The notes under the pieces are model-generated. The model ran no database searches, was not told where the DNA came from, and saw only the letters and a program-made list of their open reading frames with translations. 64,000 nucleotides of DNA from Balanoglossus misakiensis. Lineage: Eukaryota; Animalia; Hemichordata. The DNA is taken from NCBI GenBank assembly GCA_040954595.2, contig CM082588.2, positions 1,805,027 through 1,869,026 of the forward strand, written 5' to 3'. Numbering within the stretch: the stretch's first letter is position 1; each line of letters begins with the position of its first letter. The position numbers and the translations under genes were made by a program. This document shows positions 16,652 to 30,400 of the stretch, piece by piece.

Positions 16652-17801
16652 ATGCCGCAGTCTAGAGGCAAGCTGGACGTACTGACCAATGTCCGTCGCA
16701 CGGACACTCGTGGCGACACCAAGAACATGAGAGCGTCCAAATACTACGACGCCAGCGTAGCGAAACTGCAAAATCGGAGACAGGACTCGCGCCTCAGAGA
16801 AGCAGTGGAGCACTTGCACATCGAAGAGATGAAGACAGTGACAGACATGGGAGCCGAACAGCGGTCCATGAAGAAAGCCGTGGAAGGTTACAAGATGCAG
16901 CAAGAAGCGGCCAAAAGGGCAACTGCCGAAGCCGCCCTGTCGGTCAGGCCGAAAAGTAGTTATGCTTCACAAAGTGCAGATAAAGAGGTAACATTTTTAT
17001 GCGAAAAATGTTGGGGGATATTCATGATTGATTACCGAACAAATATTATTCGTGAGTGCGTGCGGACGTTCTTTTTAGTGACGTTGAATAAAAACGCATT
17101 TTCTTTCTTCTTTTTTTCTGCAGACTCTCTCCGTCGGTGCACGCCTGTTGGCGACGTCGTGCTTCAAGACAACCATTTCATCAGACAGCAGTGATGAAGA
17201 CCAGTGGAGAAAGTTCAGTCGGGGTGTCCACACTGGGTCGCCCAGGCGCAGAATCCGAATCCGCTCCAAGAGAACGCCCCTTTTCTCCAGAGCAGAACCA
17301 ATGCGAAGACGGCCCAAGTCGACGTCGGATGTCAACTACAAAGATCTGCCAACCCGCGAAGAACTTCAGGCGTTTTCCGAGGGGAGACACGTCAAACCGG
17401 GCCAAAATATCCCGGACTACTTGAGCGAGACAGAGTCGGTCGATCGAGAACTGGTCAGTCATAAGTCCATGTACCTGAAAGGCAGGTCCAGACGCCAGTT
17501 GAAGGAACTGACTCACATCGACGTCATCTCGGCTTCGGAAGAACAGACCAAACGACACCGGGTCTGGGCCAAACTGATGCGGCAGAAGGCCGAACAGAAA
17601 GCCGTAGAAGATAAACGTCTGCAGGAGAAGGTAGACTCGTTCGTCAAGAAACTAATCGACGTGAAAGACCGAGAAGTACGAGAAGAAGAAGTGAAGGCGG
17701 AACAGCGCCACCAGAGGCGTCTTCGGCACCCGTCTTCAGCCTTCCTTAGCAGCTCCGGGTCGAACGATTTCGGACCCAAAACTTTCGACTTCAGATATTG
17801 A
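16652..17801 (+). CDS. Uncharacterised basic/coiled-coil protein, paralog 1 (~337 aa; exons 16652-16987, 17124-17801)
   Basis: Two GC-richer long ORFs joined in frame by a phase-0 GT-AG intron with a strong pyrimidine tract; shares motifs with the next gene. Confidence 0.85.
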
Positions 17802-19684
17802 TATAAGAAATTCCAATTATTTTACAAGCTGCACTCTCTCAAAGAGCACCTTTCCTCATATTTTGAAAGAAATCGACTTTGAAAAAATTATTGCATGTCG
17901 TCAACGATGGGGGCGTGCGAACCGTGGCTGCAAGTAAAGAGAGGCCAGCAAAGCTGCAACAAGGTGCAGCCTCGCTTCACACAGGGCCAGGCTATTGCTA
18001 AGAAAGAGCCCCAAGAACTCCCGAATCGATGTTTACCGCGACGAAACGGTACATCAACCTCGAAATACACAGACAACAGGACGAGTATGCGTGCACGTAC
18101 ATGTTGAAGTTCTTCCACTACACATAGCAGGGACAAAGCTATGCCATACATCCTATTAGAGACATCTCAACATCAACTGATGCAGGGTCATGCGGGGACG
18201 ACCAAGGACACGTGACGTCAAATGACGTCCAGTGTCATTATAAGCTATGGCAAGATATCATTGCACACCCATCCAGCAAGGTCTAGCACTCATTGTCACG
18301 ATCTCAATAGTCAATATGATTACTAAATACTTGCTTCTGCAAAGATCCGTGTTTTTTTGTGTGTGATTTTTATCGCGTGTCCCTCCAAATTTAAACTTTC
18401 CGATGGCCAATTTAGAATGAAGTTACATCACCAAAGCCCCAGTACTCTTAAATTCTCTCAGCATTTCGTATGCGGACAAAGCAGTATATTTTGAAGGTTC
18501 TCTTTCCCTCCCCCCACCCGCCGACTGGTCGTGTAAACAACTCCTGAACAAAATGCGTCCTTGCCTGAGCGATATGGCTTTGTGGCGATATAAGAATAGT
18601 TCATCCTTTTCGTCTTCTGCGCAGTCTATTTCTGTCGAGATAGCTTGCCCGGCGGTTCGCCGCAATTGTGCCACAATTTCAATATCGTTACGAAGGAGAT
18701 AAACAGACACAGAGAGAAGATTCACAACGAGCATGAATGCTCAAGAAGTTGGACAAAATGTATACCGAAGGATTTTCCTGCTCAGAAACTATTTGTTAAC
18801 GTAAGTTATTTCTGAAAACCAAACAGTGCTTTAAATAACAAACAAAACCAATGGTCGCTACTAGATTCACTTTTTAGTTCAATTGTTTACATCAAATCGA
18901 CAGTTGGTAGAGTACACTTGGCTAAATGTGTAGAAACCTGTCTGTCTGCAGGCAGGGAAAACCCAATTGGCGTGGAGGCCGTAACTATCTCCTTAGTTAG
19001 ATGGATTGACAACAGTTTACTGCGATACTGGGGCAACAATGGGTTTTCATTGCTATGGCGTGGCGCACCCATCACATATGTCATTGCGGATGGCCGACGA
19101 CACTATTAGAACCAATCAACTAGTGGTTTTGTTTGGGCGCTTTCAACAGAGCACGAGGACATCACAGACTATGACTTTCTAGAGCATCCATTTCTATGCA
19201 AAGTAAACATCGAAAAGATAACCATCCGTGTAGCCGAAAACTGGAATGAAAATGTCTGGGCACGCACGTCGAAAGTAGTCCAACAATGTTCTACAGTTTA
19301 CAAAAATGATTTAGTTTGATACCTATGGAAGATGATTATTACCATAACGACACTTAAAATCTCATACCAGTCCTGTACTTATACGAAAACATCAAAACAT
19401 CACCATGCGCGAATATGCCTGACAGTAGAAGATACACAATTCTTGCAGTAGCGTGATTAAGTACGTCAATAGAGGCATATTCCAGCTGAGACTTGTCGGA
19501 CAGTGCCCCGAAAGCATGACAGCGGAACGACATTTTACACTTTTAATTTACTGACAGGTGTATAAGGTATTATTATCAGGTACAAAGGGACTCCAGCGCA
19601 CGCTTCAGTGAACAGTGCACGGTAACAAACAGACGCACAGGTAGTTCTTGTGCGGTCTATGATTTGGACCTGTGGTGATCACTC

Positions 19685-19698
19685 GTTGCTTTGGCAAC
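19685..19698. promoter_or_regulatory. RFX X-box GTTGCTTTGGCAAC upstream of paralog 2
   Basis: Near-perfect X-box palindrome 200 bp before the ATG. Confidence 0.65.
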
Positions 19699-19898
19699 TA
19701 TCGATTTGGATTTTGTTCACTACCTGTATAAGCGGGGTGACTTTAGTTCAAGGGTGCGTGTGTATTCAGACAGATCTCTGCGGATTACATGTGTCACGGT
19801 CAACACCGCCTCTGCACTAGTTCTTCTAATTAGTGTAACTTCACTGGCTTAACTTTTAACAGAAGCCCTGAAGACAGAGATCTCGGTCGGATTCGACG

Positions 19899-21583
19899 AT
19901 GAACTCGGTTCTGAGAGAGACGTCTTCACCCGGAAAGCGGGAGAGGACGAAGACGGTGCGTTTCAGCGAAGCCGACTCCAAGATCGCCAATCTCAGGCAA
20001 GACGAGGTGCTGAGCGTCAATCTGAAGAGACTGGACGCCCAGCGGAGGAAAGCGCTCTTCAAGTTAGAGGAAAGTCAACAGGTGACGCATGCAGCCTTGG
20101 ACTTCATCACCCACACCAGGGAAATCGCAGAGGCCGGTTCACGAATTGAACTGGTCCTCCAGATGAGAAAGAATGAGGCGCGGCGACCCGCTTGGAACAA
20201 TCAAACAAAGGTAGGCCAAGCGACCGCTGTCTCTATTGATTTTCGGCGACTACGCACAAAAAATCGTCCCTGTCCGCTGGGATGAACCAAATGGCTGTCG
20301 AATCTAATGCGATTCTAATCAAAGATCCCCGATGCATAAAATGGACAAAATCAAAGGCAGGGACAGGCGGTTTGTGAAAACCAACCGCGGGTCATCAAAC
20401 TATCTATATTTATCCTATCCGTCTATTCATCGACCTCGCTTCTCAACAGGTGTACTCTTTCTAATGAATGCGTTGCTTGTCACAATTCAATGAAAGTTTA
20501 TCTTACCTCTGTCTTCTCAGTGTTGTCGTATTTCTTGAGGGACGTTCAAGCGAAGAGATTTAGTTCCATTGGCATCGAATTACAGTCAGCACTTCTTTCA
20601 TATGCGACCTGTGTACCTGATGTGTTCGTTGTCTGTTTCCATTGACACAGGTTTCTAAGAAGACGCCGTTTTTGGACATGAAACCCTCTCACGGTTGGAG
20701 CCGACCGAATTCCGCTGCCAGCCACACTTCATCACGGTCACTGATGGCCTCCAATATCCAGTGCATTGACGCCAGGGGACTCGTTCTTGGCGTTCCGTTG
20801 AACTCCCTGCCACTCGGCTTCGTTGCAGATCTACGGCGTGCCAGCAGCAGCCAAGGATTTGGCGGGGGATCCACAATCAGCAGCGTGGCCAAGGTGAGAA
20901 AGCGACCCGCCAGCTCGCCAGGAAACCTCCGACTGAGGCAGTTGAATTCGATCTTGACGAACCACAGCATGGCACCACCTGTTGACACGAGCACCCACCT
21001 GCCAATGCCATACAGCGAATACCACGATAAGTTTCTGGGAGTTCCACAACTGGAAGACGATGATGATGCGCAAGAGGACAGGCCTTTCTCCGGCGCCAAA
21101 CACAGGACTGGTCGTGGACGTAGCCACAGTAGTTTGGGTTTCACAACAGATGGGCCCAGTGCGTATTATGAAACATCTCCAGGTGGCGGAATGAGTAAAA
21201 AACAAATGCACAGACCCAGACCACACACTGCCGGTTGTGGCTCTATACACAGAGAATCGCGTTCCCGACGAGAACTCAAAATGTTGACGCATATTGATGA
21301 AATTTGGCAGTCGGAAAGGGAAGTCATCATGGAGGATAAACTGAGGGAAGTGCAAGAACAGAACTTTTTCGCTGAAGAAAAAATGAAAGAAAAGGTTTTT
21401 GATTTTTTCGATAGATTGGATGCCGACAAAGAAGTTTCACCACCGGCGGAGAGTTGGAAAATGGTAACGAGGCCAAAACGACCGCGAACTCCGAATGTGT
21501 TTTACAGAACAACCCCTCCGTCAGATATGCAAATACGGACTAAATCAAACTGCAGACGACCATGTAGTGCCTGGACAGTATAG
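19899..21583 (+). CDS. Uncharacterised basic/coiled-coil protein, paralog 2 (~414 aa; exons 19899-20210, 20651-21583)
   Basis: Two long ORFs joined by a phase-0 intron (AAG|GTAGGC ... ACAG|GTT). RSRRELKMLTHIDEI matches paralog 1. Confidence 0.85.
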
Positions 21584-24440
21584 TTTGTTGGCTGTCCAAT
21601 CATGGCCGACTTTACATGAAGCATATTGTTGGGTTCACCAATCGTGGTTGACTTTACATGTAGGTTGGCGAGTGACGGGCGAAAAAGTGCGCCACCACAT
21701 TCGCCATTCGATACAACACAGACACATTTTTAATTTTACAGTTTTGCTTTTTATATCTTCAGTTAACAGGCTTATCACTGAAAATACAGCCAGCAGAAAT
21801 AGCAAAATGAGAAAAATACCTTGTGATACTAACTGGATCAGTGCCACATGTAATGCGCATTACATTATAAACACTGTGACATCACACATCATGTAGAATG
21901 TTTCGCTTTTCAAATACTATCCACTACTATGATTTCAGCACTGTTCAAAAGATCATTGACTGCAGATCAAGTAATTATCAGCTCATGACTTTTGGAGTGA
22001 AAAATTGACCTCTGATTTCATGATTCATACATTTTTCGACAATTTCAACATCCTACAGTGTAATGAAGTTTTTGGTGACTACATGGAATATTCATTGCTA
22101 CAACACTACTGTCCACTAATCAGTGACACTAGACTGTAAGCCTGGTAAAATGTGATGTCTACAACCAACATAACCTTCCTTTCTTCTGTTCCACTTATCA
22201 GTAATTAATCATTTCTTATGCTGCTTTTGAAGATCGATACCACACATGGTGTGACACTAAAATCTTGAACAGCTAAAAATATGCAGGGCCGTACACACTT
22301 CTAAAAATACACAGCAATCAAAATGCTGAGCACTGGCAACAATGGTCTATGCAACTGTGACATCAAAAATTTTCCCACTATAATTTATTATTCACATTTT
22401 CAACTTTTCATGGATTCTTCCACTTAAATTGGATCAAAACAGTCAATAATGATCTTATAATGATCCAGCTGGATTGATATTCTTCTTTATCATGGATTAT
22501 GTGGAAAAAAACACCTCTGTTGTTGACAGTACGGTGGTGGTATTATGTTATAGTCATTATCTCGTTACATCAAAATCATACTGAACTATTGTTAGGAGTG
22601 TTTGGCTATTTTCTGTTTAAACACTTACTGAAAAGTCATCTTTGCTTCATGACAGGGCTTAAATTAAAGTGCATTTTACAAATTTTATCCTACTCAATTA
22701 CAATATACTTTGCATCCTTTATCAGAAGTGTTTGTGTGCAAAAATACACTCCACGGATGATAATCCTACTCTTGGTATCTATGAGCTGTGTGTGTGTGTA
22801 TTCTTATTATCTATCTATATCCATTTATTTTATCACAATAATGGCACTGTTATGTCGGACCTCATTGGTCCAGACACAGAAGCATATCATACATACGCGC
22901 ATAAGCACTAAGTTTAAATAAATGCAAAAGAAATTGGGGAAACAAAATTCAAAAATATTTCATTTGTAAAATTACACTTACATAGAAAAAAACAGGAAAC
23001 AGTAACAAATGAACTTTGACCTGCCTTGTGGTTCAAAGGTCAAGAATGAGTAGCAGGAGATACAGAAAATGTGTCAAAAAAGTAATAATTTACTCTGATG
23101 TCTTTCACCCATGGTTTGTGATGCATGTACTATATATCATTTCTAACCAAATATGCATCATTTTACTAAACTTCTCAGGCAAAGTTCGAAAAATTAAAAC
23201 AAGTAATCGACCTTGCTCAAATGTCTGTTCATAGCTTGCAAACTTCACTTGTGTGTAACTACAGATTCTAGAAGTACATGAATGTCAAATATCTAACTGC
23301 ATCAAATCTATCTTGTGTTTTTTTAAACCAAAGCTATATCTATTCCAAGGAAGTCTGCTCACATATTATCACACACACTCTCACATACAACCTACATACT
23401 ATAACTGAAAAACAAACTGTCATTTTAAGAGACAAGTATTCATTCTGCTGCAATATAAACACGTATTTTGGGGAAAATAGGCAAAAATGAATCAGTTTCA
23501 CCTTGTAAACAAGCACCGAAGCATATCATTCTTTTACATAGCAAAGTTTGACAAAAGATTCTCATGACAAGCGAGCTGATTTAAATTCTACTTGTAATCC
23601 AACAGAGTTTCTCAAGATTTCTAATTTTCCAAGAACAGCAAGAAACAAGAGACTTCTTTACAATCTCTCAATGCAGTAAATTTATATTTTAATTATCATG
23701 CAAACTTTGGAATTTTCTTCTCGCGGAATAATTTTCACAGCACCATCTCAGTTGATGACAGAATTATGGCGCTGATGGCTACACAATAATTCATTAGTTT
23801 TTAATTTCAAACAATTCATAAATTTTTTTATTGCCCTTATTTCTTTTGTTTCTTTATTCCTGGCAGTTTTTGTCGGTGATGAATGACTAAACTTCAACCT
23901 CACTAGGTTGGCTAAATATTTTCAAAGTCTGGGCTGCGCATTGTCGGAAACAAAATCAATGTTTTGCTTTTTTTTGGCAATATCTGCTTCACTTAACTTT
24001 TTAGCAAGCCAACACCACTGTACACGAACCTAACTACAAGCACTGAATTTACAAAATCTGGCTCAGCAGCAGTGATGACGCGTCAAACCCAGTCAGCGTC
24101 TGTATCACTTTCTTTTTGCACAATCGTCCACAATTTTCCTTCCTCGCCTTCGGAATCATCTTCCCCTTCATTTATCCCAAGTCTCCGTTCCACTTCTCCT
24201 TGTTGAACTTTCATCAACTCTTCCACTTTCTGCCAAATCTCATCTTCCACATTGCTCTCATTATCATCATCATCATCATCACCACTGGTATTGACATCAC
24301 TTGCTGGGGCAATTTCACAGCACTCGTACTTCGCAATCGAGGACAAATAAGGTTCGCTAGGGTTTGTGTCATAAATTGATGAATCTCTACTGGCTAATTT
24401 GTTGGCTTCTACAGGCTCTGATGAATGCTGGCTGCTTTGT

Positions 24441-27400
24441 TTACATGACTTCTGTCGAATAAGGCAGAAAGACACAGAAATTTTAATAATAATAACTATG
24501 ATAAAACCATCCAGATTAATGACATAAACACTCAGTTTCAGGGCTGCACATTCCAATAAACAAAATACCATGTGACAAGTATTGACCTATCAGAGTGACC
24601 AATCAACACTGTACCACCTGCACTGCTGTGGGGATCAAGTCTTACAATAACAGTATACATGTATGTCAGGCAAAACCACCCAAGAAACACCAGCATTGCC
24701 ATGACAACGGAACACCTGCATGGCAATGACAACGAAACACCTCTTAATTGTAACTGAACAGTGCCTGTCTAATGCAACAATCACAGCGCCCTCACAGGCA
24801 GGACGGAAATTCAGTCTCAGAATTGCTTACTCATGCTTGGTGGAACAACTGACCTGCACCCTAACCCTAGTTCTGGAAGTTCTACAAGTGTTTTGAGATG
24901 TTGAATTCAACTTCAGGCCAAGAAGTATGAGATAATTTAACAGATAACAGAGATTACATGAGTGGCAATGTCTCAGTTTTGAAGAAGATCACCTCCTTAA
25001 GAATCATTTCAATAGACCCAAGCTTGCATGCACCGTTACTACCCATGTCACTAAGGAGGACGGGGGATGGGGGGACTTGAATTACAGTACCTCATTAAGC
25101 TTATTAAAAGCAATTGCTGTTGAAGCAACAATCCGCGCTCTAACAAGACGCTGAGTCCTTGCTGTATCTAGACCGGGTGTCAAGTCTCCTTTTGTGTGCA
25201 TGTGAGGAGGGCCAAAAACGATTGTCAGCATTATCAGATTCAGAAGATTTAACACCAATTATCATCATGGAAAACATATCTTATAATTGATGACAACGTC
25301 GAATACATTTTCAGAATTTTGTTTTGGGTGTTATTTCCTTTAGGCAATGTCTATTCTACCCCACCACCTCCACCAATGAATACGAAACTCCTAACCTTAG
25401 TAAACCTAGAGAACAAAAATATTGCTGAAAAGCAAGAAATGCATTCTCTCCTACAAGTTGGTTAGAAATGAAAATTGTTGAAAACACATATGACACTTGA
25501 AAAAACCCACAGCAATGCAGTTGGTAATATTGCTCACAGCCACGACTTCTACCCCTAATTTTTTCAACCCTTCCACTGCCATACCTGTGGGTCGCACCCA
25601 TTGTCTGCTATGACATGGTCAGCACCCAACACAGGAAAATGGGGGTGGAAGGGTTAACTTCTCCCAAATCTCACAACTGAGCTAGTTGGATGATCAACGA
25701 GTGGGTTCTGCTCCCTCTTGGAGATGATCGAATTCTTCAAGCTTGCTGTGAGATTGTGGGTTGGACAAGATTTCTCTAACCTGCAGGTTCTTCAGGGGTT
25801 CTTGTCTTTTGACTTGCTATGAGTTGATCCCTATCTTGATGATTTAAACGAAATGAGTCTGTTGTAAATGAATCCTCTAGTTGATCTTTCTCTGCTGGAA
25901 TCTCTTGTAAACTGAAAAAGAAAAGATGGGTGGCAGTTTTATATGAGCATCCACCAAAAAAAATCCATGGAATTCAGACATTGACTGCGCCCCACAGTCA
26001 ATACCAGAAAGCCCCAGAAGAGTAAGACTCACCTTGTTTCCACAGTAACAGTATCTGCATTCCCATTGGCTGTTGGTTGTACCTCCCCTTGTTGATCACT
26101 ATCTCTACTTTCACCATCTTGTCCCTCACCCTGATCCGCTGCAGGCGAACCCTCCTCCGCCTTGAGTTCTGTCTCCGAAGTCACACTCTCTGTAATACTA
26201 CTAGAAATCGAGTGTTTTTCACTCACAATTGTATTTACAGTGACAGTTTCCTTGGAAGTGGTATCTTCCACAATCTCTGTTTCGTTTTCGTGATTCTCAC
26301 TTGTGTCAATATCTTTATCTTCGTCTAAATCTCTACTTTCCCCATCCTTGCTTGCATTTTCTGCTGTGGTTTCATTTTCCACCAACTGCACCTCACTGGG
26401 TTCAGTCTCTGCTTCTACTTTCACTTCCACCACAGGAGATTCCTCAGTTTTTCCGTTCTCACTCGATTCCTTGCCGTCTTCCGATTCCCCATCGGCTACG
26501 GAATTTGTTTCCGATGCCGGCTTGGACTCCTTGTCCTCCTCGGATTTTGTCTCTTCCGATGATTCATCCGCCTTGGCCGGCTGGGGTTCACTTTCATCTT
26601 TCTTCTTCTCGTCCTCCTCCTTGGGGCCACGCCTAGTTCTCTTCATAATTTGCTCAATGCGCTGGAAATCAACCAGATCAACACAAGAAATTTAATCTAC
26701 AAAGAAGAGGTACATGTGTGCCGACAGGTGGGCAGGAATTCAGATGGGATGCCATCATATGATGCACTGCTGTCAATCATGATGTCACTTCCTGTGACAT
26801 CACATCCTGTAATGTCCCAAAGATTGAACCTACCCTTCTCCTGGCATCCCTTTCCTCTTCCTCTTTCTTGAGTTTCTCTTCCAATTCTCTCTGTCTCTTC
26901 TCCGCTTCTTCCTTGGCTCGCTGTTCTGCTTCAACTTTCTGCAGGGGATAAAAAAATACATGCCATGATCATCAACCGAGTGTTAATTGAATCACTCGTA
27001 TCAACACTAACTGCTACAAAGTACATCACAGCAAATAATGTATCATGACTTTTTGTCATATTAATTTGATGCAACATGTGTTGGTTGAAGGGTATTCCAA
27101 CCCCCCCCCCCCTCTCCACTCTCCCTCCCCTCCCTCTCCCTAAATACTTGCCTGTCTGGCTTCTTCTTCAGCTCGTTCTTTTTCTTCTCTCTCTTGTCTT
27201 TCATGTTCTTCGATAGCTTTCCTTAATCTCTCCTCCTCGGCCTTTCTGTGTTCCTCAGCCAGCCTCATGGCTTCCTCTTCCAGTCGTCTCTGCTCTTCTT
27301 CCTCTCGTCGGATTCTCTCTTCTTCTTGTCGTCTGCAATTATTGGATAGCATTCGCATGAACATTTGACACTTCTGAAAGCATTCACTTTCACTTTCACA

Positions 27401-30400
27401 AAAAGGGAATTGTAGTTCCAAGATCTTTAATGCGTGACTGAAGTTTATTTTTGAAAATCAAGTGTTACCTCAACTCTTCCTGTCGTTGTCGTTCAAGCTC
27501 AGCTTCCCTCTCTGCTTGTTCTTTGGCGAGTCTACGTCTCTCTGCTAAGGCTGCCTTGGCCCTTTCCTCGTCTGTATAGCCTGCCTTTGGTTGGCTGGCT
27601 TCCTTTTCAGATGTTTCTCCATTCACCTTTTCGCTTGGTTTCTCCTTCGGCTTTTCGGCTGCTGCTGCTGGTGCTGCTGGTTTCTCGCTAGCTTTCGGTT
27701 TTTCGATAGCTTTTGTTTTCTCACTAGCTTTGGGTTTGCTCTTTGCGCTCTTTTCTTTGTTTTCAGCTGCTTTGGCATCCTTGGTCACCGTTTTTGTTAC
27801 CTTGGTTACTGGCGACTGGTTTGCTTTTGTCACTGTTGTCTTGGTGACTGTTGTTTTGCTTGTGACGCTTGTTGATGTAGTATTTCTTGTCGCGGATGAA
27901 GGTCTTGGCGAGTGTTCGGAACTGATTTTGCGTGGCGTGGTAGGCTTCGTGGCAGACACAGGTCTTGTAGCCGTTTCTGTGCTCGGTAATTTGCGAGGGG
28001 TCTTTGCGCTTATAGATGCTAAAGTTTTACTGGGTGACGGAGTGCCCGGTTTGCGTTCGGTCGCAGCTGGCGTAATCGACTTTTTAATCGGAGGTGTGCC
28101 ATTCTTGCCCACTGCTAGATGCGCTGGTCGGCTGGGTTTGTTGTCCTTGGGAGCGTACAAAGCGCGATCAGCAGAATGAGCGCGTGGAGTGCGACTGGTT
28201 TTTGGTGTCTGGCCTGGAGAGGGCACCCTTGGAGAGGCGGACTTGGAACTTTTAGGGACAGGTGAAGCAACAAAAGTTCCAGGTGACAGTGGTCTCTGAA
28301 AAGGTTAGAAAACAAGCATTTTCAATCTGCATACATTATTTCAAAATTACCTTCAGGAAATAATCACAAAATCAGTATTATGCTACTAATCTATTTTACT
28401 AATTTTATTTTTAAGCACTACGCAGAGAAAGAATGTTTAATGCCCTAAGCTAATGCTTCCAGCGTCTTCATTATAAGGGTCATAGAATGAAATGCAAATA
28501 GTTTTGCTGCCAGTTTTCTGGCCACATATATAAATCACTTTAAAAAATTTGGCATATTGTAAAGTATTTTTTAAAGGGCCATATGCAATGCAACGAACAG
28601 CAATGGAATGATAGTTGGCCTACTTTAGAGCTATGTATGAGTTAAGCACTTCCACCCCCTCCCATTACAATGGAATGGACCAACCCACTGCACATGGGGT
28701 TAGTGAGAGTGAACCACTATTGGAAGTGGAAGGGGTGGGTAGGAATGGATCTAGGCGAGATTTTTAAGATGACTAGTTAGTCAAGCAAGGGCTGGAGGGT
28801 GAAGGTACGTACTCACCAATCCAGTGCTGTCTGAGATTTTGTTTATTAAGTTACCATAGTGATGGGAGTAGGAGGAGGACAGGTGACCGGTGGGGTAGGG
28901 TTTCTAGTCATGAGATTACACAATAAAAGAAATGACCATGAAATATTGGTTACTATGACTACCATCAAAACCCTTAAAATCATGAAATCAATCCACTAGA
29001 TTACTTCAAGCTGGTTTGGGGGAAAATAACATTAGCAGAAGCACACTCTGCAGGAGGTTTTAGGTTTGGGTTCGGAAAGAACAGTTTGAATACAGCAAAG
29101 AGGGTAAGTTTCCAGATGAACACAGACAGAACCTAGAAAGAAAATGAATGTGAAATTGATAATTAGTAACACACATCATCTGAAGTTGAATCCCAATCTG
29201 ACGCTTACCCGAGATATATTCTCATGGCTCTTACTGGGAGGCAGCCGTCGGTCAAGACTGCGACTTCTGAGCTGGTTTGATCGGGGAACAGTCAAGTCGG
29301 CATGGCTAGAGTAAGCACGTGAGGACTCTGCAGCACACCACAGAAGATAACATGGTCATTCAATATTCAGACAAAATTTCACACATATTAAATCAAAACA
29401 TGCAACAATGCACATTGACAAATGGAAAACTTTGACCACTGACTGGCACAAAATGTGTCTGATCATAACAGAAACAGCCGTGAGATAATGCCTGATGCAA
29501 GACATTTTGACAGAACAGCAAATGACTGGGGTAACCGAAACACTCATACTGAAACCATTCCATTTTTCAACTTCTGCACATTTGATTCTAATAACACAGG
29601 CATAATCTCACAGCTTTTGAAAGTAAAAATGGACAATGAAAACAAGAATAACAACAATAACCTGTGAAAAGAACAATAACTGCAACAACAAAAACAACAA
29701 CAGATGACAATACATGTACAATATCACCAACTCTTCCCATCAAAGCATTACAGAGCTGTCTTGGAGATCTGGCAAACAAGGTTGATTTGGCGTGTGATAT
29801 ACATATTTTATATGTACTGTTAAATATTTATCATGAATGGGAGTATGTCACACCAATAGTTATTGACATAATGCTCTATAACAGAGTGAAGTGTTCCTTA
29901 CAACTTGATGCTTAAGTGAGGTAATGTAACCACGACATTAGCATGTTTCCAGGTTACCATGGCAGCCTAGAAACCATGACAACAGACACACACAGTGGGT
30001 CTCTGGTATTTTCGTTGCTTTGTTGATCAATTCACATGGATTGGACTATGAGTTATAGTCCCTGCACATACCATTTTGCATGAAAAGGTGATTCACAGTT
30101 TCTATATCGTCTGATGCCATGGTAACCTAGAGTTTTTATACTACCAAGGTGATAAAAGTCCCTAGTTTGCCAGATTTGACACTTGACAGCACTGTTATGA
30201 TGTGAAATTTTTCTTGAACTGCTGGTAGTGTCGTTGGTATGTTCATCCCACAGTACACACAGCTACAATTTTTGGTGTCTCTATAACAGTTGAATTCTGT
30301 CAAATTGTCCTTCACGAGAGTAATTACACAATTTTCACTGATTTTTCCGTTCTCATTTATCAAAACAGTGGATAATTTCCGACCAACATCAAACGAGGTT

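Noticed and set aside
17075-21429. Minus-strand ORFs of up to 174 aa
   Set aside because: Antisense shadows of the GC-richer exons of the two unknown paralogs
22499-22921. 140-aa hydrophobic ORF
   Set aside because: AT-rich sequence between convergent 3' ends, starting at a non-ATG codon, with no motifs or splice support
26077-28179. Plus-strand ORFs of 83-149 aa
   Set aside because: Antisense shadows of the long low-complexity MAP7 exons
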